A stretch of 64,000 nt of DNA, taken from contig OY740807.1 in the NCBI GenBank assembly GCA_963514005.1, positions 1,488,001-1,552,000 on the forward strand, given 5' to 3'. Position 1 is the stretch's first letter; every line of letters starts with the position of its first letter. The stretch comes from Raja brachyura. Lineage: Eukaryota. Positions 36,417-47,520 of this stretch are shown here, one piece after another. The position numbers and the translations under genes were made by a program. Below the pieces are notes generated by a model, which saw only the letters and a program-made list of their open reading frames with translations, was not told the origin of the DNA and did no database searches.

Positions 36417-36443
36417 TTGGAAGAGTCCAGCTCCGTGTTTCAA

Positions 36444-36444
<1 letters not shown>

Positions 36445-36488
<44 letters not shown>

Positions 36489-36532
36489 ACCGGCAAAGGG
36501 CGGCATGTTGGGGGGGGGGGGGGGGGGGGGGG
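36445..36532. repeat. (TG)n microsatellite and poly-G run
   Basis: Direct reading of the sequence. Confidence 0.9.
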
Positions 36533-36716
36533 AGAGGTCGGTGCGGGACACAGTGTGCTATTGATCAAGAGGAGCAGAATGAGCCGTTTGAGCGGAGCTG
36601 GTTGTAGTTGTGTATAAGGCGGCTCCTGATCGCCAGGTCTTTGCGCCAAACCCCTCAATGTACTGCGAGGAACCGCGTGAAAATAGACCAATGGAATCAC
36701 ACCGCAGTTTTTCCTC

Positions 36717-36722
36717 TTTATT
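36717..36722 (-). promoter_or_regulatory. Candidate polyadenylation signal of the Ig light-chain gene
   Basis: AATAAA on the minus strand, ~270 nt after the C-exon stop. Confidence 0.65.
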
Positions 36723-36988
36723 AAGAGCTGAGATACACCAGATCCAATCACAACACGGTTACTGTCTACATGGGATCTCCCCCCACTCTACAGCCAGAGG
36801 CATTAAGACACATGGGACAAATCTACAAAGAAATTCGCACTGATCTCTGAGATAATTACATATTCGTGTTGTTCCCAGAAGTGGACATTGCTATAGGTTA
36901 CATTGCACAAGGTGGCGGCAGACCACAGTGAAGCTCTCTCCGTGTTAAACATAGCAGCGAATTCGCAGCCGATGCCAATGGCACGAAC

Positions 36989-37317
36989 TCAGTTCGCGCA
37001 GGTGGACGACGAGACGGTGTGTCGCAGAGGCGAGCTGAGCGAGCTATGTCCGACGCTGCAGGAATAGCTGGAGCCCTTGTCCCATGGGGCGGCGGGGACC
37101 CGCAGGTAACTGCTCAGCCTGTACGTCTGTTCGGCGTCCGGGGACACGGCGCCCGACGTCACCCCGCTCTCCGTCTCCACGCCGTCCACGGCCCAGCGCA
37201 GCGCCACGAAGCCCGGCTTAAAGCCGCTCACCAGGCAGCTGAGTGTGGCCGAGCCCGTGCCAGTTTCATCCGGAGACGGAGGGAGCAGGAGAAGTGAGGG
37301 CTTCCGAGACTCGCTAC
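36989..37317 (-). CDS. Immunoglobulin light-chain constant exon (sigma-cart / type I class)
   Basis: C1-set domain: PSLLLLPPS, ATLSCLVSGFKP, W, YRLSSYL, YSCSVGH, with a terminal Cys (STCAN*). Polypyrimidine tract and CAG acceptor at 37318-37320. Phase 1 matches the J donor. Confidence 0.95.
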
Positions 37318-37429
37318 CTGTGTGTGGAGAGGCGGAGGAGAAGAGAAACATTATTAGTTGATGGAGACCGTCGGCAGCGCCACACACAGCGAGAGAAACG
37401 AATTCGGCCACGGAAAGTGTCAGTGACTG

Positions 37430-37742
37430 GGCGCGGTGGTGCAGCGCTGGAGCAACTGTCTCACAGCGCCAGAGAGCCGGGTCGGATCCTAAATATAGGT
37501 GCATGTCCGTACGGAGTTTGTACATTTATCACCGTGACGTGTGTACGTTGTCAACGAGAACTTCGGTTTCCTCCCGCATTCCTTAACGTACAGTTGTGTA
37601 GGTTAATTGACTTGGTATCAATGTAAAATTGTCCCCAGTGTTTGTAGGGTAGTGTTCGTTTGCGGGGATCTTTGGTCGGTGTGGACTCGGTGGCCGAAGG
37701 ACCTGTTTTCGGGCTGTCTCTCAAACTAGAACTAAAACTAAA
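37430..37742 (+). mobile_element. tRNA-derived V-SINE (HE1-like) in the J-C intron
   Basis: A-box-like TGGTGCAGCG, CTCACAGCGCCAGAGA..CCGGGT..GATCC, V-domain-like core, CR1-like tail and (AACTAA)n end. Confidence 0.7.
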
Positions 37743-38029
37743 AGACCGTCGATGACGCGAACAATTCATGAAAGTCGAGGAAAAGGACGCGGCTATTGAA
37801 CCCAGCAGGTCTAAGCCGGCTAATGAAGATTGGCCCAGGTTAATCGCAGCTGTCGCCTTGCAGCCAACACCAGGCCGAGAGCTCTAAAGCCACTTGAGTA
37901 ACATCACCCCGGCCCCGTCCCTCCACCTGGCGCCGCTCGGCTTTACGTCGCTCTGTCGAGACGACTTCATTGCGGGGTTCAATAATTCCCCAGCTCTGGA
38001 ATTCGCTTGAATGTGAATTTGCGAATGTA

Positions 38030-38300
38030 GCTATTTTAGGAGATACAGCATGGAAACTGGCCCTTCGGCCCACCGAGTCTACACTGACCATTATCACCCG
38101 TTCACACTAGTTCTATGAGATCCCGCTTCTCACCCACTCCCCGTACACTCGGGGCAACCGGAGCACCGGGAGGAATCCCATGGGGGGTCACAGAGAGAAC
38201 TTGCAAACCCCACACAGACAGCACCCGAGGTCAGGCTCGAACCGGGGAATCTGGCGCAGTGAGGCAACATATCTACCATTGAGCCAATGTGCCACACCCA
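38030..38300 (-). mobile_element. tRNA-derived V-SINE (HE1-like), antisense copy
   Basis: Reverse complement reads CTCACTGCGCCAGATTCCCCGGTTCGAGCCTGACCTCGGGTGCTGTCTGTGTGGGGTTTGCA. Confidence 0.7.
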
Positions 38301-38830
38301 CTTTAAGGAGTTATGGCGGGAAATACCGGTACCGGAGAGGCCTCCGGATATCCAACACTCCCTGTCAAGTGACGCAAGGGGAGCGGCGGGACGCAGCGCG
38401 GTTCCGCAAACCATTGAGAGGTGAAGAGACGAGGAAGCGACCGGTTCATCCCGGATTACACCCCGAGCCCGCACCAACACGTCCTTTCCCGCTACACTCT
38501 CTAACTGACTTGCCCAACCCGCTGCACAGTATTTCCCTCAATGTCATTCATCAGAATGCCTGCAAATTGTCTTCCTTGTTTCCCCAACATTAACGCGTTT
38601 GATTGTGGCAAACTGCGACTTGTGTTAACGATGCAGGAATCCCCGCGGGCTAGCGTTCCCCGCAGGCGGGAATACTATCCCGACCGCTGACGTACGGCGC
38701 GGACCCGATGGGCAGAATGGCCTCCCGCGCCGAGTAGAGACAGAGCAAGTTCTTCCAGAGCGTTCCCGGACTGGGGAATGAGAACGACTGCAAAGGGGAT
38801 TCATGGGAACAGAACGAGGGAGTCACTTAC

Positions 38831-39183
38831 TATTTATATCCAGGATACTCCCAGGGCTGAAGATGTATCCCACGTCGTTTTCCCACACGACACAGTAGTA
38901 GACGGCGGCGTCTCTGGGCTCCAGGGTGACGATGGTCAGGATGTAGCTGTTGGCGGAGGTATCTCTGGACGGTTGGAACCGGTCTGTGATCCCACTGCCA
39001 CGCAATATATCATTATCCGTTTCATACTTTATCACCCACTCTGGTCTCTCCCCGGGACGCTGTCGATACCAATGTACATGGTAACTTGCAACATTTCCGT
39101 TCTGCATCCGACACACTTAATTTGTGCCGCGGAGACAGGTCCGGGCGTTGAAGTGTGATTCAGGACTGGGATCGCCAGGAGAC
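38831..39183 (-). pseudogene. Germline-joined V-J exon of an Ig light chain, with an FR1 frameshift
   Basis: Acceptor TTGAAG| at 39184-85. Reads GLLA-IPVLNHTSTPGPVSAAQ, then in another frame CRMQNGNVASYHVHWYRQRPG...DRF...DAAVYYC-VVWENDVGYI-FSPGSILDIN. Donor |GTAAGT at 38830. No RSS between V and J. Confidence 0.92.
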
Positions 39184-39558
39184 CTTCAACAAAACACAAT
39201 GAAAACCTTAATCAAAGCCTCAGAAATAAAGGACATTCCTTTATAATGAGATGATGAAGAGTTTCTTTAGTCCAGGGGAGGTTAATTAATTACGGCGGTT
39301 TAGGCCAAGCTATGACAGAGATAGATAGATCCGTGTTTCGTACGGGTGACAGGGGTTATGGGGAGAAGGCAGGAGAATGGGGTTAGGAGAAAGAGATAGA
39401 TCAGATAGAGATTGAATGGCCCATCACTTATGGACAGATGAAACGACTGGGTGATCTGGAGCCCACAGAAGGCTAGACACGCGTAGAGCACCGACGATGG
39501 TGGAGATTTTAACGAGCCTCGTTGCAGCTAATCAGTCGTGAACCAACCCGAGTCTCAC

Positions 39559-39607
39559 CTGCTGGGAACAGCAGCAGAGGCCACAGGAGGTGCAGCGCTG
39601 GGGCCAT
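39559..39607 (-). CDS. Ig light-chain leader (signal peptide) exon MAPALHLLWPLLLFPA(G)
   Basis: 49-nt exon with ATG at 39607, a hydrophobic peptide and a phase-1 donor CAG|GTGAGA. It is in frame with the V acceptor. Not shown in the ORF track. Confidence 0.9.
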
Positions 39608-39713
39608 TCTTCCGGACAGGCGAACACCACATCTTTAGACCCACTCGTGTTGTACTGCAAAGTCCGGGAGCCGCTCGGGGTCCAGTGTCTGGAAACCAGA
39701 GCCTCTGGTTGTC

Positions 39714-39806
39714 TTTATTAACCGGAATGTAATGAGTGGGAGGGGCCATGAAACCTGTGTGGGCGGAGACTGATTTCCGGCACTTTAGAATCTGCTGATG
39801 GCAAAT
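39714..39806 (-). promoter_or_regulatory. Candidate light-chain promoter: TATA-like TTAATAAA, ETS-like CCGGAAAT and octamer-like ATTTGCCAT
   Basis: Motifs at 39714-21, 39773-80 and 39798-806, in the order and approximate spacing typical of Ig L promoters. The octamer is imperfect. Confidence 0.5.
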
Positions 39807-39824
39807 TAAATGTCGTTTAATTCT

Positions 39825-40345
39825 TATTGAAATTAATTTATTAGCCAAGTATGTAAACATACCAGGAATTTGATTTGCCAACAATCATTCAAAAAAACAC
39901 CAAGATGCATAACCACATACAAATTACACATAGACTTAAACAGCCACCACAGCGGCGTGTGAGAATCCCCAGGGCCACAGCATAAGCGGAGACCCAAAGC
40001 CATCAGTTCAATGTCCGGGCCACACACGCGCTCCTTCACCGTGATGTGACCAGAGTTGTACCGACCGCAGTCACTCTCTCTGCAGTCCCTGTCCGCCCGA
40101 ACCGTCCCGTCCACACTCGCAGACTCTGGGATGTCCTCACGGAGCCACGTCCCTGCAAAACACCGAGATCACTGAACTCACGGCATTGCCTCCGAGTCCT
40201 CGCCAGTGCAGGCAGCAAGTCCATCTTGTTTTTTCGGCGACCTCACAATCCCCCACTGTCAAATAACTTATTCCTAATTTCCTCCTTTTCTCCCAGCACC
40301 ACGGTGTTAAAGCCGTGCAGACGAGATACGCCGAAAAAGTCGCAT
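39825..40345 (-). mobile_element. Internally deleted Rex1/Babar-like LINE (endonuclease start joined to 3' tail)
   Basis: Remnant peptides TVRADRD...ERVCGPDIELMALGLR. The 3' end reads ...CATACTTGGCTAATAAATT. Confidence 0.55.
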
Positions 40346-41373
40346 CTCCGTCGAGGAAAGAGTTAAAAGAAGCCCCCCCCCACATAATACAAAATGTATG
40401 TACATTGAAAACATACAAGTAAACACAAACCAAAACAGCAACCTCTAACCTGAAAATGTTTCATCTTTGGTTGGACATAGAGCATAGTACAGAGCAGCAC
40501 AGAAACAGGCCATTCGGCCCGCAATGCACAAGCCTCTTACCGCTAAATTTCGCATCCGCGATTAAATATAAACCAATCGTCAAATTCTGAATCTTCAACT
40601 ACAGGTTTAATCTCCGGCTTCAGCTTCAGGCTGGTGAAAATTTTATTAATATCAGGGTAAACTGGTTTCAGACATTCGGATTGGCTACTGTGGTCTGAGC
40701 CGGCGGGCCATTCAGTCCATCGCTTCTATCCCACCGGTCGGTGAGATCAAAGTTGCTCCGCATCATATTGATCAACCCCGCGCAAACACTCTCTGCTCGC
40801 AGCGAAACTGTCTCATCAATGAACAGGTTCAGATCTGGGTTTGGGAAAACGTTGCAGGAAACATGACGCATCTGTACTTTGCCTGTTTAAAATTAAAAAT
40901 AAAACTAATCCCCAAAATGCATAACACCCAATTGACTGGCGACCGTTTCCCAAGAGCAGCCGGAACGCGAACCTGGAGAATCGCGATTCGCCTCAAACAG
41001 TTGGGACAGGCTTTGCGCAAACTAAGATTATTAGGACATTGAAGATACACCAGTACAGCACATGAACAGACCCTTCGGCCTTCCAGACCAGTCGCTAAGG
41101 CAAAAGCTCCTCTCCATGCACATAATCCATATCCCACATTTCCCCGGATATGCAAATGTCTCTTAAACGCCACTGTCTAAACCACCGCTCCCGGCAGCGT
41201 GATCCAGGCATCGACCAACCTCTGTGTAAAACCCCTGCCCCACACATTTGATTCATACTTTGCCACTCTCACGTTCAAAACTGTACCCTCTGGGAGACTT
41301 CCGGTGGCGTCAATGGTGGGGTGAGAGACGCTGCTGTTTCGCTCTGCTCCCAAAGAATGTTTTAATGATCTAA

Positions 41374-44300
41374 AATAGTAAGATTAAACAAGAACTTACC
41401 AGTTTGAAGTCTGATCTTTATTTTATGAGCAGTTACGATGAGGGATTTCGTGAAGACCCCGCCAGACACGCATGCGCGACATTCTTCAAAGCAGCGGTGT
41501 GGAATCACAGATCACAAACCGAAGATAGTAAGATTAAAACTTGACCATACCAGTTGAATTTCTAATAGAGGGTTGGGAGCGGAGGGCACGAAATCCCTCA
41601 TCCTAACTCCTCATAAAATAAAGATCAAACTTCAAACTGGTGAGTTCTTGTTTAATCTTACTATTTTACTTCGGAGTCACGTGAGTGACTTCGTGAAGAT
41701 TTCAAAGCTCTGTGATTACATGCCCTGGACCACGCCCATGCTCACACACTGCCGTAATTCTGATGGAGGAAGTATGTTAACGTATTTCAGACTTGAACAA
41801 GCTGAAAAATAGTAACATTTGTTAATACAACAATAACCCCCTGAACTCGGGGACAAACATTTAGGGAACAGCACTTAAAACTGAATCCGCCAACGTTGCG
41901 GGAGCGGTTATAAGTCAGTTATAAAACCGTGGAATGTAGATTCACTGGCCCAGCTCGCTATTGCGAGGCCATAATCCATGAACACCGCCATAGTCCTTGC
42001 CACTGATGTGGATGCAGCCCTGGTAGAATGACATTTAAAATGTTAGTGTCATACCTGCTGCACCGAATACCACCTTGATTCATCTGGAGATAGTCTGCAC
42101 AATCACCCTGTGATGTGGGTTTCCATGGCTGAAACAGACCCGTCTCCATATACCTGACCTGCCCATTTTCAGACCTGTAGTCCCAGGTCTGTGTAGTGTA
42201 AGCAACTCTTCTATAAAGAAGTTACTTTATTATGGTCTGGTCATTCTATCCAGGTTTAATTCCTGTAAAGTCATGACCCGTTGTGCTGTGTTCAGTGCCA
42301 GTACCATAACCACTTTGAAGGTGAGCAAGTCCATCATAGGCGACCAGCTCCTGAGGATGGTCAACGCTACCTCCAATCTCAGGTAATATAATATCATGTT
42401 CGGGGAGGGATGGATAGACCATACTCCTCATAGTTTGGACACCAGCTGGTGAGATCCCACTCCAATCTAGCGATAGGATGACAATGCACGCCTGGCACTG
42501 TATACAGCACTGTAACTGAGGGACTCATCATAATGATGACCCATGAGTATTCCAGCACCTTGGAGAATATAGCAGATATGTAGATGGTCTAGGTCCGACT
42601 ACAGAAACCTCCCATATCCTTATGTAGGCGAGGTACTGCTTCCTACTGGACTCTCTCTGCATGATGCTGTTTGACGTCCATGGTCCTTTATGTTGCATAG
42701 CCTGGTTGTGTATCCTGCAGCACCTGTCTGATGAAGCAGAATGGGAAAAGCATAGAAAACCCACATTTCCCCCCAATGTAGTGAAAACGCGTCCATCGCC
42801 ACTGCCCCAGGATCTGGTTCTCAAGAGACATATGTTGGTATCCAATGGCTCAACCTGGACGCAAAGAGGTCGATATCTGGTATTCCATATTAGGCTATAA
42901 TTTTAGCAGATATTTTGAGGTTCAATCTAATTGATGTCGTTATTAATACTTGTGACCTGGTGTCCGCCACTATATTGAGCTTATCCAGAAGGTACATAGC
43001 TGAACCCAAATTTCTTTCAATCCACCAGAGCCAAATTAATGTTTCCAATTCATCCCAAGATATTAACTTGACACCACCAATAAGGTTTAATATGCTACTT
43101 CAGTGGTATTATTTTGAAGATGAACATACGTATGCTGCAGATTAGTGCATTAACGCGCAGCCCTTGACATGATCCCAGCGTTTCTAAACAGTTTATTCCT
43201 TGTAATTGAAGAGAAGTAGACTCATGCAAATCACAACCATTGCTAATCCACCATTGTACCTCAATTATGCTTCGATTGGTAGCTGCATAAGCTCGTAATT
43301 GTCCAGCATTCGCTTTAAATGCCGAGATTTTGCTTTTTTACCCAAGCTTTGATAGCGTAATGGCCCAATTATGTGGCTGGAATGTAGGTCCAATTTACCA
43401 ATAGCTTAGCAGCATGTCTAAAGTCGGTTCCCTGGCGCAAGCAAGGCTGTTATTGCATCTATCATGTCTATTGCTCTGTTCCCTGGATAGTCACAAACAG
43501 AGCCCCAGAATGTATGTAACCTCCCTCCTACTTGTGAGGTTATGCATGCAGCACTTCCAAGAGAACCAGACCCCCTTACCTCCATGGTTACTGGCGGGCC
43601 TGATGTTGTGGTTTCTGGTATTCCGTCTTTGCTGGGTGCTGCTCGATCGCCTCGGTAAATCCATGTTCCTGCAGCTGGTGTGTGGTGAGGTAGTCTATGC
43701 TGGCTCTGCCCTAACAAGGCTTCTGCTGTTGGGGAGCTGGTGCGGATGTGTTCTTGATGGCCCCGAGGTTTGGAGGAAGGATAAGGCTGTCCCCTGCACC
43801 CTTGCCGATGCTGGTGGTTTCATCAGCCCCTTTTGGCTTCCTCATCAAGTTCTTTGACCTGCCCAAGCAGCTGTCTTGGTGGTGTGGTGGAGGTATGACC
43901 CAACCCAGCGAATTCAGGGTTAATGTCGGGCCGGATGGAGTTCTGACTAAAACAGTTTCCCGAAGTGTGCTACACAGGAGGGCTAGAGCATCCTGCTGCT
44001 CTGTGGATACACCTGCCCCATCGAGGGTCCTGATGAGTGCCGTGATGCCCGACATCAACAGCTTCAGAATTTCCTGCCTCTTAACCTCTTGTGCCCTCGC
44101 ATTGGAACTGATGTTCCCTCAGATGGCTGAGTTGACCCTCGGGACGTTCAGAGTAACACAGTTTCCAGGATCCTTGTACTTCTCCATGGTTTCTGAAAGC
44201 ACCTGGTCTTGGAACTGGTGTGTCATCAAGAAATTAATACTTACTGCCAATGTAGAGTGCAGCGGTACCCCTGAAATACAGGCTTCGGAATTTCAACACT

Positions 44301-46419
44301 ACCTCCAATTTCTTCTTCTGGATCGAGAGCAATGGGCTCTTCTGCTGCCGCTTCTTCGTCAAATCGGCCATCTGTTGACTCCTAGCACTGCCGATGGACG
44401 AAGGTGAGATTGAAGGTGACAGCATGATCCGACTCCCAGACCGCTGAGACTCCTGCTCTTGCCGATCCAGGTCCCGCTGATATAGTTGCTCCACCATTAG
44501 CTCCATCCTAGCCATGCGACCGCTGCCGCTACACACGGACAACAGGTCGACTTCCCCAGGCCCTGATGAGTCGCTGGGGCTTCTGCCAGTAGGTCACACC
44601 TCAACGAAGTGGCTGACAGGTACTCGTCAGCACCCGCTCCTGCGGGGCTGAACGACTTCCGCATGGACAACCCGCTAGCCCGGAAAGGAGTCGGAACCGG
44701 TCCCCAATACCAGCTCCGTGGTCCGTGCAGGCACACCGTCACCCTCACCCCCAGGGGTCTGTGACGGCGCTTGGCTGGCTTTACCCGCAAGCAACGGGAT
44801 TGCCTAACCGTATACTGCTGCCACCAATCTGCGCTCCGGCAGCCTGTTCCGGTGCAGTGCCGGTACCTCCTGCTCCTGCAGGCTGTACAACTCCTGCACG
44901 GACATACCGCTAGTCCGCCGTCGTTCGGATCTAAGTGGCACCTCTGCCTGGTGGGAAGGCAGAGGGAAGGAATTGGTACCAGTCCCCATTACCGGCTCCG
45001 CTGGCTTGCCGTCACCCTTAACCACACGGGTCCGTGACGGCGCATAGCCGGCTTTACCCATAGCAACGGGGATGCCTGGCCGTAAACTGCTACCACCGGT
45101 CTGCGCTCCGGCAGCCTGTTCCGGTGGAACACCGGTACCTCCTTCTACTGCATGGCTCCCCGACTTCCAGCAGATCCATCACCGGCCCGCAGTCTAGCAG
45201 GTTACCCCCGATGGTATGTTGATGCCTCCCGCTGCAGCGGGGCATGACCTGTGCGCAGCTCTCCCCCTGCTCTGGTACCTGCATAGTAGGGGAGACAAAC
45301 AAGCCGCCGAGCGAGTCACATGTTTATGCACCTTTGCCCCACTGTCACTATGCTTAGGTGAGAGTGGTAGGGAGTCAAGGTCTTGCCTACCCTGCACCCG
45401 CGCGGTGCTCCACCATTTTGCGGCCCCATGGTCAGCCGTGGTGGAGAGACGGGTCCTGGCTGTGCAGGGCTCCCTGACCTCCGCATTCTTCTGGAATGGT
45501 GGCCGCTGATTCCCATCTGAAGTCGCACGGCCCTTGGAGACCTGCTTCGCTGCCTTCATTCTGGTCTCCATCCATCTGTAAGCAAACTCTAATACAGACG
45601 CTTAGCTATTCAAGGTTAGTATCTTACCTGAGGGTCTTTAAGAAGTATGGTGACCAGCCTCTCATGCTTTAATAACTTTTATGTGCTGGCAGTCTCAACT
45701 TCTTGAAGAAAATGCATACCCTGGAGTAGCAAGGCATTTTAATGTAGACAGGCCACAGTATCCCTGCAGCTGCAGTGTGGAGTCAGGCTGCCTTTGCTTG
45801 CAAGCCTGCTCCTTCCTGAATGCCAGCAACCCGCAGAGACCCCTGCGGGCTGCGGTGTAGAGTCGGGGCTGTAGTTCTGCCGTTGAAACTTCTGATGGCG
45901 AGCCTGCAAGCCCCACTCCTGCATGCACACCGCCAGCCCGCAGTATCCCCCGCGGGCTGTGGTGTAGAGTCGGGGCTGCCGCTCTGCCGCTCCTAACTTT
46001 GAACGGCGAGCCTGCAAGCCCCACTCCTACATGCACACCGCCAGCACGCGGTGTCCCCCACGGGCTGCGGTGTAAAGTCGGGGCTGCCGCTCCTAACTTT
46101 GAACGGCGAGCCTGCAAGCCCCACTCCTACATGCACACCGCCAGTCCGCGGTGTCCCCCGCCTCCAACTATTCCCGACTCCAACTATTGGAGCCGCCGCT
46201 GACTGCCGCAGCAGTCAGATCCGAGGCGGCCTCGAGACCCTGCGACAAGGCCACCTGGAAGAAAAAGACTGCAGGTTAGTTTTTTACTTACCTGCAGGTC
46301 CCAGCAGTAGAGGAGCAACACTCCTCCCTGCCTGTCACTCGCATGCGGTCGACGATATGTCGCGCATGCGTGCCTGCCGGGGTCTTCACGAAGTCACTCA
46401 CGTGACTCCGAAGTAAAAT
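41374..46419 (-). mobile_element. Third DIRS copy: termini and ICR intact, ORFs decayed, RT core deleted
   Basis: Left end at 46419, ICR ~41587-41700, right end at 41374, with ATT (AAT on plus) at both junctions. gag remnants at 43590-45571. Confidence 0.9.
45846..46160. repeat. Three tandem ~107-bp GC-rich units inside the DIRS 5' region
   Basis: Unit starts CGGGCTGYGGTGTA at 45846, 45953 and 46061. Confidence 0.85.
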
Positions 46420-46523
46420 ACGAGTTGGAAGACTGGGGTGTTCTAAAAATAACTACTGGAGCTGTTATTTAATTGTGTGTTATCAGAAGCCCTGCTGATA
46501 ACAGAGAATAACGGCTCTTTTAA

Positions 46524-47520
46524 ATGAAAAAAGCGAAAACTCGCCAGAAGCCTGCGAAAGCTGCTGCCAGACCTGCTACAAGAGCTTATCTGAAAAAATG
46601 TGGAAAGACTCCTCAATCCCCTCAAACATCAGCTGGAAGCTCAGAAGAAGAAGCTGACTTTCAAAATCCTTCTACAGAACTGACTTCAATGGAGGAACAA
46701 AGGGAACAAATTGAACAACTGGGAAAGTCAGTAACAGCTTCAGTCACTGAAAACATCTGTAAAGTGATACCAGAGGGGAATGTCGTGCTGGACAAAAGCC
46801 TGTCTGAAAAAATCAAACAAGGTAATGATAAGCTGATGGGGAAAATTGACGACCTAACCAAACGTGTGGTCAAGATTGAGGAGGATTTAAACAATAAAAT
46901 TAAGCGGGTTGATAAGAACTGTAATAAAAAGATGTTAAAGTCCACTGAAGCGGCTATGGAAGGAATGGATAATACGTTAACTGAGATGGAGATAAAGAGA
47001 CTAAAAACGGAACAAGAAAGTACTGGGGGTGAGCTTGCTAAAATGAACTATAAATGTATGGACTTGGAAGCAAGATCGAGGAGGCAGAACCTGAGGATAA
47101 TTGGAGTAAAAGAAGGAAAGGAGAGTGGACAAAACTTTCAGGAGTTTGCTGGCAACTTACTCAAACAAGTACTTAAGCTGCCTGAAGCCCCAAGAATAGA
47201 TATGCTTCACCGGGTCCGACATAAGGCTCAAGCAAGCTCAAATGCCCCCCCAAGACAGATTATTCTGAAATTCTGTGATATTTCAACCCTGGAAGGAATT
47301 ATGAAAAAGATTCCATATGGAGTGAATTTGATGTTTGGAGAAGACAAACTAAGATTCTTCCGTGATTTTCCAGCTGAAGTCATGGAAAAGAGGGACAAGT
47401 TTACAAACACGAGAAGGGAGTAAGATATGGGATAGTATATCCCGCGAAATTGAGAATTACTTATAACTCTGTCGTACATGCATTCACGGATCCAGAAGAG
47501 GCATTTAAATATGCATAAAG
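46524..47520 (+). pseudogene. L1 ORF1 (coiled coil, RRM, CTD), frameshifted near 47420
   Basis: Motifs DLEARSRRQNLRIIGVKEG, PRQIILKF, LRFFRDF. Confidence 0.88.

Noticed and set aside
36548-36960. CACAGTG heptamers at ~36549 and ~36924 as possible RSS
   Set aside because: No ACAAAAACC-like nonamer at 12 or 23 bp spacing, and they lie 3' of the C exon, not next to V or J.
37318-37525. N-terminal extension of the 178-aa ORF containing the C domain
   Set aside because: Read-through into intron and SINE sequence; a clear splice acceptor sits at 37318-20.
41149-41160. Perfect octamer ATGCAAAT upstream of the Ig gene
   Set aside because: Lies inside a CR1-type 3' fragment 1.5 kb from the ATG; probably incidental.
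43748-44407. 219-aa plus-strand ORF
   Set aside because: Antisense shadow of the minus-strand DIRS gag remnant.
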